Positions 48,229 to 62,700 of a DNA stretch of 64,000 nucleotides are shown in pieces. A model generated the notes under the pieces. The model made no database searches. It had not been told where the DNA came from and was given only the letters and a program-made list of their open reading frames with translations. A program made the translations under genes and the position numbers. Within the stretch, counting starts at the first letter, position 1, and each line of letters begins with the position of its first letter. The stretch is from Hemiscyllium ocellatum (lineage: Eukaryota), in contig NC_083445.1 in NCBI RefSeq assembly GCF_020745735.1, positions 30,566,947 through 30,630,946 on the forward strand, in the 5' to 3' direction.

Positions 48229-48637
48229 CCCTTGAAACTTTGTAGTGTTGGAAAATCGCATGCCTGATGGTTAAACAGTGAAATTCAGGTGAAGTTTTAA
48301 AAGGAATTTAATAAATTAAAATAGATCCGTGAATAAGAAAGAAATGTTCTCAGCTTCCACATCATTGCTGTGTGGGGACGAGTTGTTGATCAGACACTGC
48401 TATTGAGTGTGTGGAAAATTATAGCCGATCACAAGAAGAAATTCTACTAATACAGGGCGCAAATGGATCATTTATCTGTCCCTTGGCAGCAATGATACGC
48501 GCTATTAACTCATGGTAATCAGCACACTCAAACGCCACTCTATACCACTGCTAGCCAGATATGAAGAGGTCCCTCTGCTTAAGTGAGGTGCATGAATCGA
48601 TAACTTTTCAAGAAGCTCTGCGAATCCGAGCCAATTC

Positions 48638-48772
48638 NNNNNNNNNNNNNNNNNNNNNNNNNNNNNNNNNNNNNNNNNNNNNNNNNNNNNNNNNNNNNNN
48701 NNNNNNNNNNNNNNNNNNNNNNNNNNNNNNNNNNNNNNNNNNNNNNNNNNNNNNNNNNNNNNNNNNNNNNNN
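48638..48772. other. Assembly gap (135 N)
   Basis: N run. Confidence 0.95.
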
Positions 48773-50235
48773 CAAACAGACAGTTGGATAGATAGACATT
48801 TACACCGTCAGACAGGCACGGACAGAATACGTATTGACAAAATGCTGACTGCATACTTGGATGAATGGACAGATGTATAGGTACATTTCTCTCTGCCTTG
48901 GTCTGAAAAAAGAAATGCTATACTAAATTCTAAATTTCTATTTTCTGACTTCATTACTTGAGCAGGTTCTTGCTCCATTTGTGTCCGTCTGTGACTTTTA
49001 GTCCTTCCCGAAATCCTTAATTTCTAAATACCTAGAATGTAAGGCACTGATGAATTGAACCTCAACAATAGTAACTTGGAGATAGCCCAATGGTACTCCT
49101 GATCATTCGCAGCTCAAAGACAGAGAGCGGGTATATGCGTGGATTCATATAGAATGGTTTCAATACTTGGAACATGTGGTTCCTTCATACAGAACGCAAC
49201 TCCCAATATAAATTCACTCAAGTTACTTATATCACAGCAAAGTCAGTGTAGATCATTGGAACGATACCTATTACAGTTGCCTGTAAATTCTTATTGTTCC
49301 ATGTTCCCGTGAAGTAAGAGTCATCAATATGCCCCTTTCCATGCGATTGATCTTCTATTATGACATTTCTTGAGCATGTGGAGGCTGGTATGGTAATGGA
49401 AAACCCAAACTATGCGTAAAATGCATTAACATTTTGCACCGATTTATGCTTTGTTTTCCTTGAGAAGAGAACATCGTTTTTGAATGTGTCAAGACAAAGA
49501 AAAATGAACAATCATTATTAGTAATCAGAAATTTCTGGAGTGATTTTCAGAGGCAGCTGTAACATTGATCAACACTAGTTCATCCTCCGCCTTGTTTTAG
49601 AGATTCTCTCCAACATCCTGAGATTATTAAACTGTGTTGAGTTTCAGATTACCCTCAAAGGGCAAATCGCAGTGGTAACTGTTTCTTACCAATGGATAGG
49701 AAGGAAACATGAGAGAAGGCACAATACCAGATCCGCCAATATTTCACAGCCCACCACCCTACACAGTAACTGATACTTCCCCATATTACCGCAATTCCTG
49801 CTTAACAAGAGGAAATTCGATTTTTTCTCAAACAGTGCGTTGCTTCAATCTCCTCGGAGTTCCATAGCCTCCCAATTTTGAAAGCCATTGATTATTTGTA
49901 ACTGATTTGTATGTTCCCGTTGATTAATCGTTGCAAACATTGCCATACTGTCAGGAATATTCGTGCATCATAACCTGTGGTCTGAAAAAGAGCACTTTAA
50001 GACGATGAGTCAGTATGTTCAAAATTTCTTTGTATTACCTTTCAAGTTTTAGGTGACCTATTGTATGTTTTGAATTTTATGTTGGAAATTTCAGATTAAT
50101 AGAACAATTCTGGGGCCGGATTCAAGTCAAAGTTCACAGTCAGGACCTGTACTGTCGGTACAAGTAATTTCTGAGAGACGGAGAGTCAGTCTGAATTCTC
50201 AATGCATCTGCAACTGCAGCTCAGGCAATGATTAC

Positions 50236-50997
50236 TGTTGTGACATGGCTGCGCATCTTTCTGACAATTAAACCAAACACACAGAAAAGCTCACCTCGCC
50301 TGCCATTCTGTGAAAGTATGATTGAAAGAGGAACTCCCCAAAATTGCATTATTTAAAGAAAAAATAATAATTGTATCCTTTAACTCCAAAACTGAAAATT
50401 AAGCAACAGCTATTTACAACTCTCATTCCCTTTGTCCTGAAGGTTTGTTATCTATCGCTCACTCTATAAGAATACACTGATCTAATAAATCCCCTAATAA
50501 ATTTACAGCAAATCAACTTTTAAAACCAGACAGCAGCTGTCATCTTTCTCTCTTTGTTGATCTTTCTGGGACATCTTTGGTTTTCTGCTGTACAGATGTT
50601 TCATATGAACAAGATACATTTTAGAGAGAGGTTGTTTGGGCAGTCTGTCTGATAATGACATGTGGTGCCCTCGCTTTGCTAACTGTCCAAAATGCCTGTT
50701 TTTTTTTATATCCCAAAACATCAGATCATCTCATTAGCTCAATGTTGTCAAACTAGTAAAATTCAATTTCGATTGGGTTTTAGTATCTTGGTACACAATG
50801 TAAACAGATTGGTTAAATTCAAACTGCCATGAACACAACTCATGCATCTAGGTTACAGTAATGTGTTGCATCTTTCAATTTTTTAGCACAGCCTTTGGCT
50901 GCCAGTCAGTAAGATATCAGTTGACTACAAACTCTCACTGCCAAAACAGCCTTCGTGCTCTCTTAACTGTACAGTAAATGCCTTCAACTTCATAATA
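50236..50997 (-). mobile_element. Solo LTR of the same Gmr1 family
   Basis: Reverse complement begins TATTATGAAGTTGAAG and ends GTCACAACA. It is collinear with the copy A 3' LTR. Confidence 0.78.
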
Positions 50998-52594
50998 TTG
51001 CCTCGAGTTCAGTATATTTGTATCTTCCCGATCCCTATATGCAATGACACCGATTATCTGAATTTCCAACCGAATATTCTCTCACATTCCCCTGTGGTGT
51101 GAAATTGAAGACCTTTCTGCCATCTCAGTTCCATACATAGCATCCAATTTTACTATTCCAAAGAACTGAAAGGGAGGTTTCCCTACTGTACTTTTGAATT
51201 TAATTTGATTCCATCACCGGCAAGAAAATAGATGATCATCACACTACCACACTACTGACCTTTTGGGACATTGTGTGCACAGTGACTGTTTCAACACCTA
51301 CATTGCCACCCTCCATTTAATTCACAGATGCATTTCTTGCTGACAAGGAGATGCTATGGAAGAGTGAAACACCCTTTTTTCTCTCTCTCTCTCTTTTTGA
51401 GTCAGTACGTCAACAATGTTAGAATTCCTCCAGAAACAAAGTTTAGAAATGGCCTATTCTGCAACTCAGGACTGAAACACCTATTCGAAACAGTTATCTT
51501 GTTCCACATAATCAAAAATAGCATCTACTTTTTTTTCCTCATATGCCAGTATTTCCACCATTGGAGATTGTATCATGTGCAGGTAGTAGATTGGATCCTA
51601 TGTAATTATCGCACAAGTAATGACGGCACATTATCCGTGCACAGTTTTAATCATATTTTGATATGAATTCTCGTGAATGTCACGTGATTTCCAAAATTCC
51701 TGGTGAAGCGTGCTCAATGTGACCTCAGCTAATGTTAGCAATTTGGAATTAATGCCAGTGACAGATGGAATAACAACAAACAAACGTGCATGCATACATA
51801 CAATGGAAGAACAGTTGGTCACTTTAATACAGACAGAATATGTTGGTTAATTGGGTTTTGGAGAATGCTGCCATGATTGTACAAACACTGTATTGGCTTG
51901 GCAGGAATTGTTCAAGCGTTGTCGGAAAGATCGAGGAGAGTTTTTTTTTATTTGAGAAGCGCATAAGTATCACGGCCTGGATACAATAAATGGGAAGTGT
52001 TCATCTAGCTTCGGAGGAAACTGAGAAAATGGAGCACTTCGAGATACGATAAGGCAGCAAGTGGCTTGGGACATTCAGGAAGCTGACTGCATGAAATAGT
52101 AGAGGCTGGAACACTCAAATCATTTCAAATATGTTTGGTATGTACACTAAATAACTTGGCGTGTGCATTTACGGACCATATGCTACAAAATGAATGTAGA
52201 CTGGAAGGCTCATTGTCCGGAGCCACAAATCAGATGGGCTAAGTAATTCCTTTATGCAGTTAAGATTTTCTGTTCCTGTAAGATTAAGCTTTGCCCATTG
52301 TCCAATTTGGAAGCTGTCATTCACTTGATTTATAATGGACATTCCGCAATGGTTTCAGTGATATCACAGATCACTAAATTCCATACCACACTTTGTCTGC
52401 TGACGTGGAAATTAATTGTCAAAATGTTCCACAGAGGATGACCGGAGCAATTTTTTAAATTCAGCTCAGATCAGCAATATTAAGTAACGAAGCTTAAGAC
52501 ATACATCTTTCATTGACATAAATCAACCAGATTCACCTGTGATTAGTTGCAAATTACTATTGCAACATTGCATGGAAGATGAGCCCTCACAGCG

Positions 52595-52662
52595 TTGAGA
52601 ATTATTGATTAATGAGCATTGAGAGGTATTGATTAATGAGCATTGAGAATTATTGATTAATG
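52595..52662 (+). repeat. 24-bp tandem repeat, about 2.8 copies (TTGAGAATTATTGATTAATGAGCA)
   Basis: Units start at 52595, 52619 and 52643. Confidence 0.9.
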
Positions 52663-53574
52663 CAAGAAACCATCAGAGGATTGTTTAGGGTCAATCACGC
52701 ACACCCACTTGGTGTGGCTAACAAAGGTGATGCTGAACTAATTCGACTGATGTGCTCCACATGCAGTTCAAATATTTATTTGAAAACGTCCTTCACAATA
52801 GACTCTAGAGCAAATTGGCAAAATTATGGATTAAACGTAGATTTTTTAAAAACTTTGGACTGTGAAAAGGTTCATAGTGATATTCTATAGGTCGATAAAT
52901 CCTTGGCATATATTGCACACCTTCACAATTTAAAATAACATGAAACTAGCCAATCTTTGTGAACAACGAGTAAGATGGTTCAGAATTTTATAAGGACCTG
53001 GAGAGGTTTGTGGAATAAGCCAACAAATGACACCTGCAATGTAGCACACAGAGTTTTAACACGATTAAGTTAGTGAGAAAGAATGGAAAGAGGCAATAAG
53101 AGAAGAACGCAACACAATTATAACACATCACAGAATGGAAAAGCAAGAAAGCCAACATCATCACTGGTAATCGCAACCCAGTAATGATCTCCTACAATCA
53201 CTTATTACAAACAGAAATTCCAGAAAGCTGAACACACGCACCGACACGTCCCGGAACGGCTTCTTCCTGGCCGTTATTAAACTGATGAGTGGATTCTTTA
53301 ACTTCAAATATTACTGATCTTGTTAATGTTGATCGTGCCTCACACACATCCTGTGGGATGTAACCTGAAAGCCTTACTCTGTCTAAGTATGTTTTTCTCA
53401 CTCTATGATCTGTGTCCTTGCTTACTATGATCTGCCTGTACTGCTTGCAAACACAACTTTTCACTGTACTGAGGTACATGTGACAATAATTCAAACCAAA
53501 TCAAATCAGCAGGTTTTGAAACCTCTATAGAAATTTCATAAGGCATAACTTTGAATGCTGCAAACAGTTTTGGG

Positions 53575-53920
53575 CATCATGGTGGCTCAGTAGTTAGCAC
53601 TGCTAACTCAGAGCACCAGGGAGCTGAGTTTAATTCCACCCTCAGGCAACTCAGTTGGAGTTTGTGCATTCTCCCCGTGTATGGCTGAGTTCCTATGGGT
53701 GTTCTGCTTTCAGACCACAATCCAAATATGTACAAATTAGGTTGACTGGCCATGCTAAATTACCAATAGTGTCCAGGAATGTGCAGGCTGGGTCGATTGG
53801 TCACTGGAAAAACAGGGTTATAGGGAAGGGATTTGGGTCGGGGTGGGAGGCTCTCTGGAGGATCGCTGAGGACATGATGTGCCGAATGGCTGGCTTCCAT
53901 GCCTTAGGGATTCTATTAAT
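53575..53920 (+). mobile_element. Degenerate SINE copy
   Basis: GGTGGCTCAGTAGTTAGCACTGCT...GGAGTTTGTGCATTCTCCCCGTG. Confidence 0.75.
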
Positions 53921-54674
53921 GTGTAGGCGTGATATACTACAGCGAAAGTATTCAAGACCATATTTATAGATGAGGAGCTTCCACTCCCCGGGCATGTTGT
54001 GGAAGGTGGAGTAGTTTCCTTTTCGGGAGAATTGTAGGAGGTGGGGTTGATTGACACATGTAAAATGATGAGGAGATTGTTCAGAGAAATAAAGGATGTG
54101 TTCCCCTTCATGCAAAGAAGAGGAACTAAAGGATACTGAAGTGAAATAATTGGCCATAGAGACAATGGTGAGATGAGTAAGAAAATCTTCCAAACTCTAG
54201 AGGATCAGGAATGCATTAAAATGAGTTAGGCCTCTATGCAATGTAAGCAGAAAAGTTGGCTGGAACCTTCACAGCAGCTACAATAGGTTCTGGTGCAACA
54301 TAAAAGATGATCAATCCAAATTCTGTACTCCCAGGATCTCAGGTAGTATTAAAGATGATAATGAGTACAACAATAAGAAGAGAAGGAGGATCTAAACTTG
54401 ATTGGACAGAGCTATTGTATAGTTCTGCAATATCATGAAAATGCTCCAGCAGAAAAGGAAAAGAGATCGAGACACTGACCAGTCCATGAATAAATGAGTC
54501 AGTACAAGATATAGATTTGGAAGAAATAAGTCATTGTGAAAATATAATGGAATACATATTAAAAAACAGAATGGTTGTGTCGAATAATTACTGAAATATG
54601 TCTCAGTGGAGTATTAAAAGACGTAGAGACAATTTTCATGGACCAGGACAGACACCCTTAAATTATTTTACGAA

Positions 54675-57600
54675 TGTAGCCTGGACCCTAACGTTTTCAT
54701 ATTTTGAAGGCAGATGTGAAGTAGGCGCTCCAGCAGCGATGTAACTGCTCAAACCACTCATCTTTAAGAAAAACTGAGTTTATTTGAACACTACAGTTTA
54801 AACATAAGCAAAAGAAATATGATTTTCAAATAACATAATTCCTAGAAAACAGAATATGACTGGATACAGCAACTTAAATGCAAACACAGATTCTTACAGG
54901 CAGAAGGGAGGAACTTCCAAAGAGATTTCAGACAAAGGGAGAGGCAGTCAGGAATCATCTGCTGAAGCTTTCAAGCTTTCAGCATCATGTGGACTGCTAC
55001 GAAATAAGAGAAAAAAATCTGAACTTGGAGAATTGGCCATCCCCTGCCAGTGTTAAACTCGATACTTCTGTACCTCTGCCTTTATAATCTCTCTTGGGAA
55101 AACAGACACACAATGACAAAATGATCTTTCTAAAGTGGCAGCACCGTCACATCTCCCCATTTTAAAAAAAAGAGGCTTCAATGTGCAAAAGTACCTTCAT
55201 TTTAAATGCTTTAGCATTACTCTGTTAGTACTCAACAATACGTATACATTGCACTGACTATAACCATGCAAACATTCACGACTACGTTCTATTTCACTCT
55301 GTTTATTTCTGCTACTGAACACTTCCATTCTTCTTCATCCAAGTCTTGATAATGTGCCGACAATAATGTTTTCTCATCCTTCTCGGTATATAATTTTCAA
55401 ATTGAACAGTTGCAATAATAAGCTCCATCTAAACTGTCTGGAATGTTTGTCCTTGGGTTTCTTCAAAACCTTTAATTGGTTGTCATCAGAATGCAAGACT
55501 GACTTAGACACAGTACAGGCAACATAAATGTGAAAATGTTGTAACACCAACACCAAGCCTCAAAGTTTCCTTTTCAATTGTTGAATATTTGTGTTGATGT
55601 ATGTTTAATTTCCTGAATAAATATGCAATAGGTGTTTCTATCCTCTCATCAACTTCCTGTAAGAGCACAACACCAACACCCACATCACTCGCATTGATAG
55701 CCACCATGAACGGCTTTAACGTATTAGTTGTAGTTAATACTGAGCCAGTGGTTAACACAGCTTTCAGGCTGTCAAATGCCTTCGGACAGTCTGCATTCAA
55801 TGAAATTTCCTGCATGTCTTTAGCAATTCAGTGAGTGGAGCAGCGGCACTGCTGAAATTTGATATGATTTTCTGGTAAAACCCACTCAGTCCCAGGAATC
55901 ATTCTACTGCTCTCTTTGTCAATAGCATGGGAAACTCCCTAGTAACCTTTGTCTTCCCATTCCTTGGGACCATCTGCCTATGTCCAATAACATGGCCCAG
56001 GAACATGACTTAGGCTTTGGTGAATTCACTCTTAGCGAGGTTTATCACCAAGCCTGTTTCCTGAAGTCAATCAAATATTTCCAATAAAAGCTACAAATGT
56101 CCCTTTCACATATGACTAAAAAAAAACCAGATCATTGATATTCACCGCACATTGGATAAGGACTTTATTGGCTAATCTTTGAAATGTAGCTAACGCATTT
56201 GCCATACCAAATGGAATGATTTTAAATTGATGCAGTCCAGTCGGCGTTACAAAAGCAATAATTCTCTTTGCTGTTTCGGATAAGGGTGCCTGTCAGTATC
56301 CTCAGAGTAAGTCTGACCTAGAAATATAGGTTGCTTGTCGCACCTTCTCAATACAGTCTTCCAAACACGGAATCAGATAATAATATGATTTTCTAACTTT
56401 ACTGACTTTGCGATAGCCTCCATATAATCACTGGGTACCATCTGATGTTTGCATCATAACTGTGGGTTAGCTCATGTCACTACAACTCAGTTCAATTCTG
56501 TTATCTTGGAGCAAGTGTTTAATCTTATTTTGAAACCATGCCAACTTTCAAGGGTTATGTTCATAAATGATATTGCAGAATTGGAACAGCATTTACTATA
56601 TCCACATCATGCAAAGTTAGATTAGTACTTCCCAGGTTATTTCCACATATCTCTCCATCCAATAACAACAACCATTTCAGTTCATTTGAATTTTCCTCTG
56701 GAAGGTAACTCAATCATTTATCCCAATTTTTGACAACTTCTCAGTTGTCCAATTTAATTTGAGGAATGGTTAATTCAGAATCCTGTGAACTTGGCTCTTC
56801 ACTTTGTGTTGTAATCAGTAACAACATTCCTTTTGCTTTCCTTCCGTGTCAAAATAGCTTTTGAGCAGATTCATGTGACACTCTCTGTCTGATTTATTTT
56901 CTGTCTGGAGTCCTTATCAAATAATCCATCTCACTCAATGCCCTTTCAACTTGTTAAGACTAACTAAACCACGTTTTTAAAATTTCAGCTATGACTGAAA
57001 TTATCACTAATACCTTATCTCTGTTCGCAAAAGTACGAGTTTTTGTTTACTTGTCCGCTTCCTATGTTGTCGTATACTGTGATATTTTGAAGTGCTGTCG
57101 AGCCTTTCTCTATTTAACCGTTCCCCAAAATTTAACACATAGCCCAAATATGCGGAATCTGAACTCCGACTCACCAATTTCTCCTTTATTAATTTCAGTG
57201 TTACCCTCACTTCATGCCTCAAAAACGAATTTAAATGTATGTATTTGGTCGATTCATTTGGTGTTTCTCTGATGTCAAGAAGCACAAATGGAAGCTCCTA
57301 TCCCAATCATCTGGATAGTCTTAAGTATAGCCCCAAGTCTGGTCTTTAATATCTGATCTGGAAATGTGTTGCTGGAAAAGCGCAGCAGGTCAGGCAGCAT
57401 CCAAGGAACAGGAAATTCGACGTCTCGGGCATAAGTCCTTCTTCAGGCTTACGCCTGAAACGTCGAATTTCCTGTTCCTTGGATGCTGCCTGACCTGCTG
57501 CGCTTTTCCAGCAACACATTTTCAACTCTGATCTCCAGCATCTGCAGGCCTCACTTTCTCCTTTAATATCTGATGCCACCTTTCTACCGCTCCCTGCAAT

Positions 57601-57745
57601 TCTTGATTGTACGCAGGAGATTTTAATTGCTTTATTCCGAAGCTATCCATAACTTTCATGAATAATTTTGATACAAAATTTGACGCTTGATCTGATTGTA
57701 TCTCTGTGAATAGTCTGCATGCAGTGAAGACTTTGAGCAACTGTT
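54675..57745 (-). mobile_element. Partial Gmr1-type gypsy element (copy D, different LTR family)
   Basis: Integrase core (IQSDQASNF...VERWHQILK) at about 57575-57745 lies upstream of RT/RNase H (KPFMVAINASDVGVGVVLLQ). A polypurine tract precedes the LTR at about 55151-54675. Confidence 0.78.
57344..57574. mobile_element. Penelope-related hairpin element with perfect 14-bp TSD, nested in copy D
   Basis: TSD CTTTAATATCTGAT at 57344-57357 and 57561-57574. Long inverted arms nearly identical to those at 6618-6801. Confidence 0.85.
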
Positions 57746-57751
57746 GGGAAA

Positions 57752-59760
57752 GCAAATCTTAGCAGGACTTATACACTTAAGGGTAAGTTCCTAGAGAATG
57801 TTGCTGAACAAAGAGACCTTGGAGTGCAGGTTTATAGCTCATTGAAAGTGGAGCCACAGGTAGATAGGATAGTGAAAAGGTGTTTGGTATGCTTTCCTTT
57901 ATTGGTCAGAGTGTTGAGTACAGGAGTTGAGAGGTCATGTCGCGGCTGTACAGGACATTGGTTAGGCCACTGTTGGAATCTTGCATGCAATTCTGGTCTC
58001 CATCCACTGTCTGGTGTTGAGCTTAAGTTGATGCAATTTTAATAGGAGCTTTTACTGGATCAGTATATTGTTGTAGAATTGGAGGTAGATAATAGACCTT
58101 TAAGAGGAAGGAGGCTTAGAGTTGTAAGAAGTTGTTGTTTATTTTCCACGTTTAGAGTTAAAGAATACGTTACAGAGGAGGACATGCTGGACGTTTTAAA
58201 ATGCACAAAAGTGGATAAAACCCTAGAACCTGATCAGGTGTACCTGAAACTCTGTGAGAAGCTCAGGAAGTGATTATTGGGACCCTTGCTGAAATATTTG
58301 CATCATCGATACTCACAGGTGAGGTCCTGGAAGGATGGAGGTTGGATACCGTGGTGTCACTAGTTAAGAAAGGTGGTAAGGAAAAGGCAGGTGAACTATA
58401 GACCAGTGAGCCTGACTTGAGTGGTGGACAAGTTGTTTGAGGGAGTCCTGAGAGACAGAATTTACATGTATTTGGAAAGGCAAGGACTGATTAGAGATAG
58501 TCAGCATGATTTTGTGTGTAGGAAATCACGTCTCATGAACTTGATTGAGTTATTTTGAATAAGTAATAATGAGAATTGATCAGAGGAAAGCGGTGATTGT
58601 GTTCGATATGGACTTCAGTGAAGTGTTCTTCAAGGTTCCCCATGATGGACTGGTTAGCAAGGTAGAACTCACGAAACACAGAGTACTCGCCACTTGGATA
58701 CAGAACTGGGTTGAACATGGAGGATAGGGTGGTGGTGGAGGGTTGCTTTTCAGACTGGAGGCCTGTGAACAGTGGAGTGCCACAAGGATCGGTGCTGGGT
58801 ATACGACTTTTTGTCATTTACATAAATGATTTCGATGTGAGTAAAAGAGGTATATTTAGCAAGTTTTCAGATGACAACAAAATTGGAGGTGTAGTAGACA
58901 GTGAACAAGGTTATGTCATTGTATAATGGGATCTTGATCAGATAGGCCAATGGACTGAGGACTGGTCGAAGGATTTTAAATTAGATAAATCTGAGGTGCT
59001 GTATCTTGGGAAAGCAACTCAGAACAGAATTTATACACTTAATGGTAAGGTCCTATGGAATGTTGCTGAACAAAGAGACCCTGGTGTGCAGGTTCATATC
59101 TCCTTGAAATTAGAGTCGCAGGTAGATGGGTTAATGAAGAAGGTGTTTGGTATGCTTTCCTTTATTGGCCAGAGTAATGAGTTAAGGAGCTCAGAGGTTA
59201 TATTGTGGCTGTACAGGATGTTGGTTAGGCTACTTTTGGAATATTGCAAACATCTCAGGTCTCCTTTCTATCGGAAGGATATTGTGAAACTTGAAAGGGT
59301 TCAGAAAGGATGTCCAAGGATGTTGCCAAGGTTGTAAGATTTGAGTGATGTAGAGAGGCTGAATAGGCTGGGGCAGTTTTCCTAGGAGTGTGGAGGCCGA
59401 GGGGTAACATTGCAGAGGTTTATAAAATCATGAGGGGCATGTATAGGGTAAATCAACAAACTCTTTTATTTGGTATGGGACGTGTCCAGAACTAGAGGGC
59501 ATAGGTCTAAAGTCAGAAGCAAGACATATAAAAGAGACAGAAGGAGCAACCTTTTCACACAGAGAGTGTTGCGTGTGTGGAATGAGCTGCCAGAGGAAGT
59601 GGTGGAAGCTGGTAAAGGTGCAGCATTTAAAAGGCATCTGAATAGGAAGGGGTTCGAGTGATAAGGACGAAGCGCTAGATAATGGAATTAGGTTAGGTGA
59701 GGATATCTGGACGGTGTGGACGATTTGGACGTAAGGGTGTATATCTCGATGATTCTATGA
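57752..59760 (+). mobile_element. CR1 fragments (about 57752-58012 and 58160-59760) separated by a short LTR fragment
   Basis: [28 protein letters not shown], and tail GATGATTCTATGA at about 59748-59760. Confidence 0.82.
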
Positions 59761-59763
59761 CTT

Positions 59764-62700
59764 GTGGGTAATTCTAGTTCAGACTCAATTGTTAGGCAGA
59801 GCTGGTGAGGTATTTGCAGCGCTGTCAGATGAAGCGTTCAGAGATTGTCAAACAGGCTATTTTGAGTGCTTATGAATTGGTTTCAGAAGTGTACAGACTT
59901 CAGATTCAGAAACGCAAAGAAGGAAACGGATCAGTCCTATGTTGTGTTTAACCTGGTCATTTTGATAGTTGGGTGTGGGCCTTAAAAATAGATAAGACCT
60001 GTGAGGCTCTTATTCTGCTGGAAGAGTTTAAAAACTCTCTTCCAGAGATAATAAGAATTCATGTGGAGGAACAGAAAGTTCAAGAAGTAAGAAAAGCAGC
60101 AGGAATGTTAGTTGAATATACATTGGTACATAAGACATACGTTAGCTTCCAACAAGAATTTCATCCTATGAGGAGTAGAAATTGGAAGAAGGGGCGATCC
60201 TACACAACAAAACAAAGATTAGAGAGCACTGTTAATTGTTTACCACTGGTTAAAGAAGTTGAAGAGGGTGGAAAGGAGGTGAAAGGCCGCTGGTGTTTTC
60301 ACTGTAATGGAGCGAGACACAGAAAATTACAGTGCCAGTTCTTTCAGAAAGGCATTGGCAAAGGCACTTTCACTGCCAGAAGGTTGGACACGTAAAGTCA
60401 CAGTGCTGGTTATTAAAGAAAGGAGAAGACATGGTGAATGAGCTAAGCCAGTGGTATTAGTGAAGGAAAACACAAGAAAAGTCGAGGAACTGCAGTAGAG
60501 TACACAGCCTCGGTAAGGTCTGGATATGTAGGTATCACCTGATCGCTACAAAAAACCAAACACCTCTGTGGGTAAAGGTTACTCAGAAAGAACAGGGGAG
60601 GAGGAAATAAGTTATAATTTTGAGCGATGCAGGATCTAACCAGTCTGTAATAAGAAGAGATGAACGTGTTGGCACTCTTTATGAACTGTTACCTGAGAGG
60701 GTAATTTGTTGGATAGATGGACAGAAATATGGCATTCTGCTATGTAAGATCAAGTGGGAGTGCCAACTCAAGACAAGGGAAGTAACAGTGGGAGTGATTG
60801 ACAAAGTGTCAGTTCCAGGAATTCAGTTTGTTCTTAGGAATGATTTAGCAGGATCCAAGGTGGGAGTGACACCCCTTGTTGTAGGAAAGCCGAAAGAAGA
60901 CCAAGGAACGGAGCAGTTAAAACAAGAACACCCTGGTATTTTCCCAGACTGTGTGGTAACCAGATCCCACTATCATAAATTACAGCACAAAGAAAAAACT
61001 AATGAGAAACATGAAGGTATTGAGGTTCAGTTAACGGACACTCCGTTTGACGTAATGATGTATGAAAAAATTGAACAGGCACAGGGTCAGGGAGAAGTGT
61101 TTTGTCCTACAAGGCTAATGGATGTACCGCTGACAGACGAAGCAATAAAATACATATATGTTGTTGCGTACTCAGAAAAGGAGGCAGAGAATATACCTGA
61201 CGTTTATTATCTTAAAGATAGAATCCAAAGGCAGAAATGGAGATAATGGCATAGTGCAGAGGTGAAATAGCAGACGTCCATGAAATAGTTGGGCCGGTAG
61301 CATACAGAAAGGAAGTGTTCCAGGCAGCCAAATGGTAGGTAAGACACAGGCAGTAATAAAACCAGAACCTTTGTAGCCAATTCCCGCATTTGCAGAACCT
61401 TTCACGTGGATTATAATTGATCGTGCAGGTCCTCTCCAGAGAACAAAATGTGGGAACCAGTACTTGTTAACCATAATGGATGTGTCCACCAGATTTCTGG
61501 AGGCAATTTCATTATGGAGGATAAGGCAAAAAGGGTGGTGGAGGAGTTAGTAGCTTTCTTCACGTGTTATCGGCTACCTAGAGAGATTCTGTCAGATCAA
61601 TGATCTAATTTTACTGTCAGACTGTTTAAGGAGGTTATAGATAACTAAAGCACACAGCACTTTAAATCAAGTGCTTTCACTCCTGAATCCCAGGGAGTTT
61701 CAGAGAGTTGGCAATAGACCCTAAACATCATGTTGAGAGCATACTGTCAAGATTACTTCATTGATTGGGATAAAGATATTAAATTTGTATTGTTTGAAAT
61801 GAGAGATGCCTAAACGAATCTACTCAGATTCCTCCTTTTGAGTTAATATTCGGACATGAATTGCAAGGCTCTTTGAAACGAATTAAAGAGAAATTGACAT
61901 GACCAAACTCAGAGATCTCACATTTGGATTATGTATCGAAGGTGAGTGAGAGATTTAATCAGGTAACTGAGATAGCTATACCCAAAGAGGGCACAGCATA
62001 GAATGAAGCAAGTGGCAGTTTTAAAAAAAAACTCTGGAATTCAGGTGTTTTCCTGTAAGGATGATGTTGTGTTTTGTTCCCAGGGGTAGGAGATACCTTC
62101 GAAGTCAGGTTTAGTGGTCCCTATCAAATCTAGAAAAACTTGAGTCAAGTAAATCATCTGGTAAGGATGCTGGATCGAAAGAAATAAAACTGTATCAGGA
62201 ATGTCATGTGAATATGTTGAAATATTTTTGTAATACAGAGAAGGAACGAGAGAAACAGAAGTTAGATACTGCACCGCAGACTGAGGAATCAAATCCAGAT
62301 GTTGTGGAGTTTTATGTGCCTCAAAAGATGTTTAAGGGTGAGGAAGTCCTTGAGAAGTGGGATAGGTTAGTGAACTATTTTTCTCAGGAGTAAAAAACAC
62401 AGTTGAAAGGTTTGTTAAAGCAGTATGAGGACATATGCAGAAATAAGATGGGGTGGAAAAATGCTATTGTGCATGAGGTAGCTGTAGGGAATGCTGTTCT
62501 GATAAAATAACACCCTTACAGGCTTAATCCTTTCAAACCACACCGGTCCAGATGGAAGTGGATACGCTGCTCAATGAAGATACCATTGAACAGAGTCAGA
62601 GCGAGTGGAGTTCACCGATTGTGTGAGTTCCTAAACCTGACAGGACTCAATGATTTTGTGTGGACTATCGGAATGTCAAAGACATGACAAAATTAGGCTC

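Noticed and set aside
49685-49750. Leader-like segment on the minus strand (GTG-KYWRIWYCAFSHVSFLSI-G|GTAAGA)
   Set aside because: No ATG, weak hydrophobicity, and no V exon downstream.
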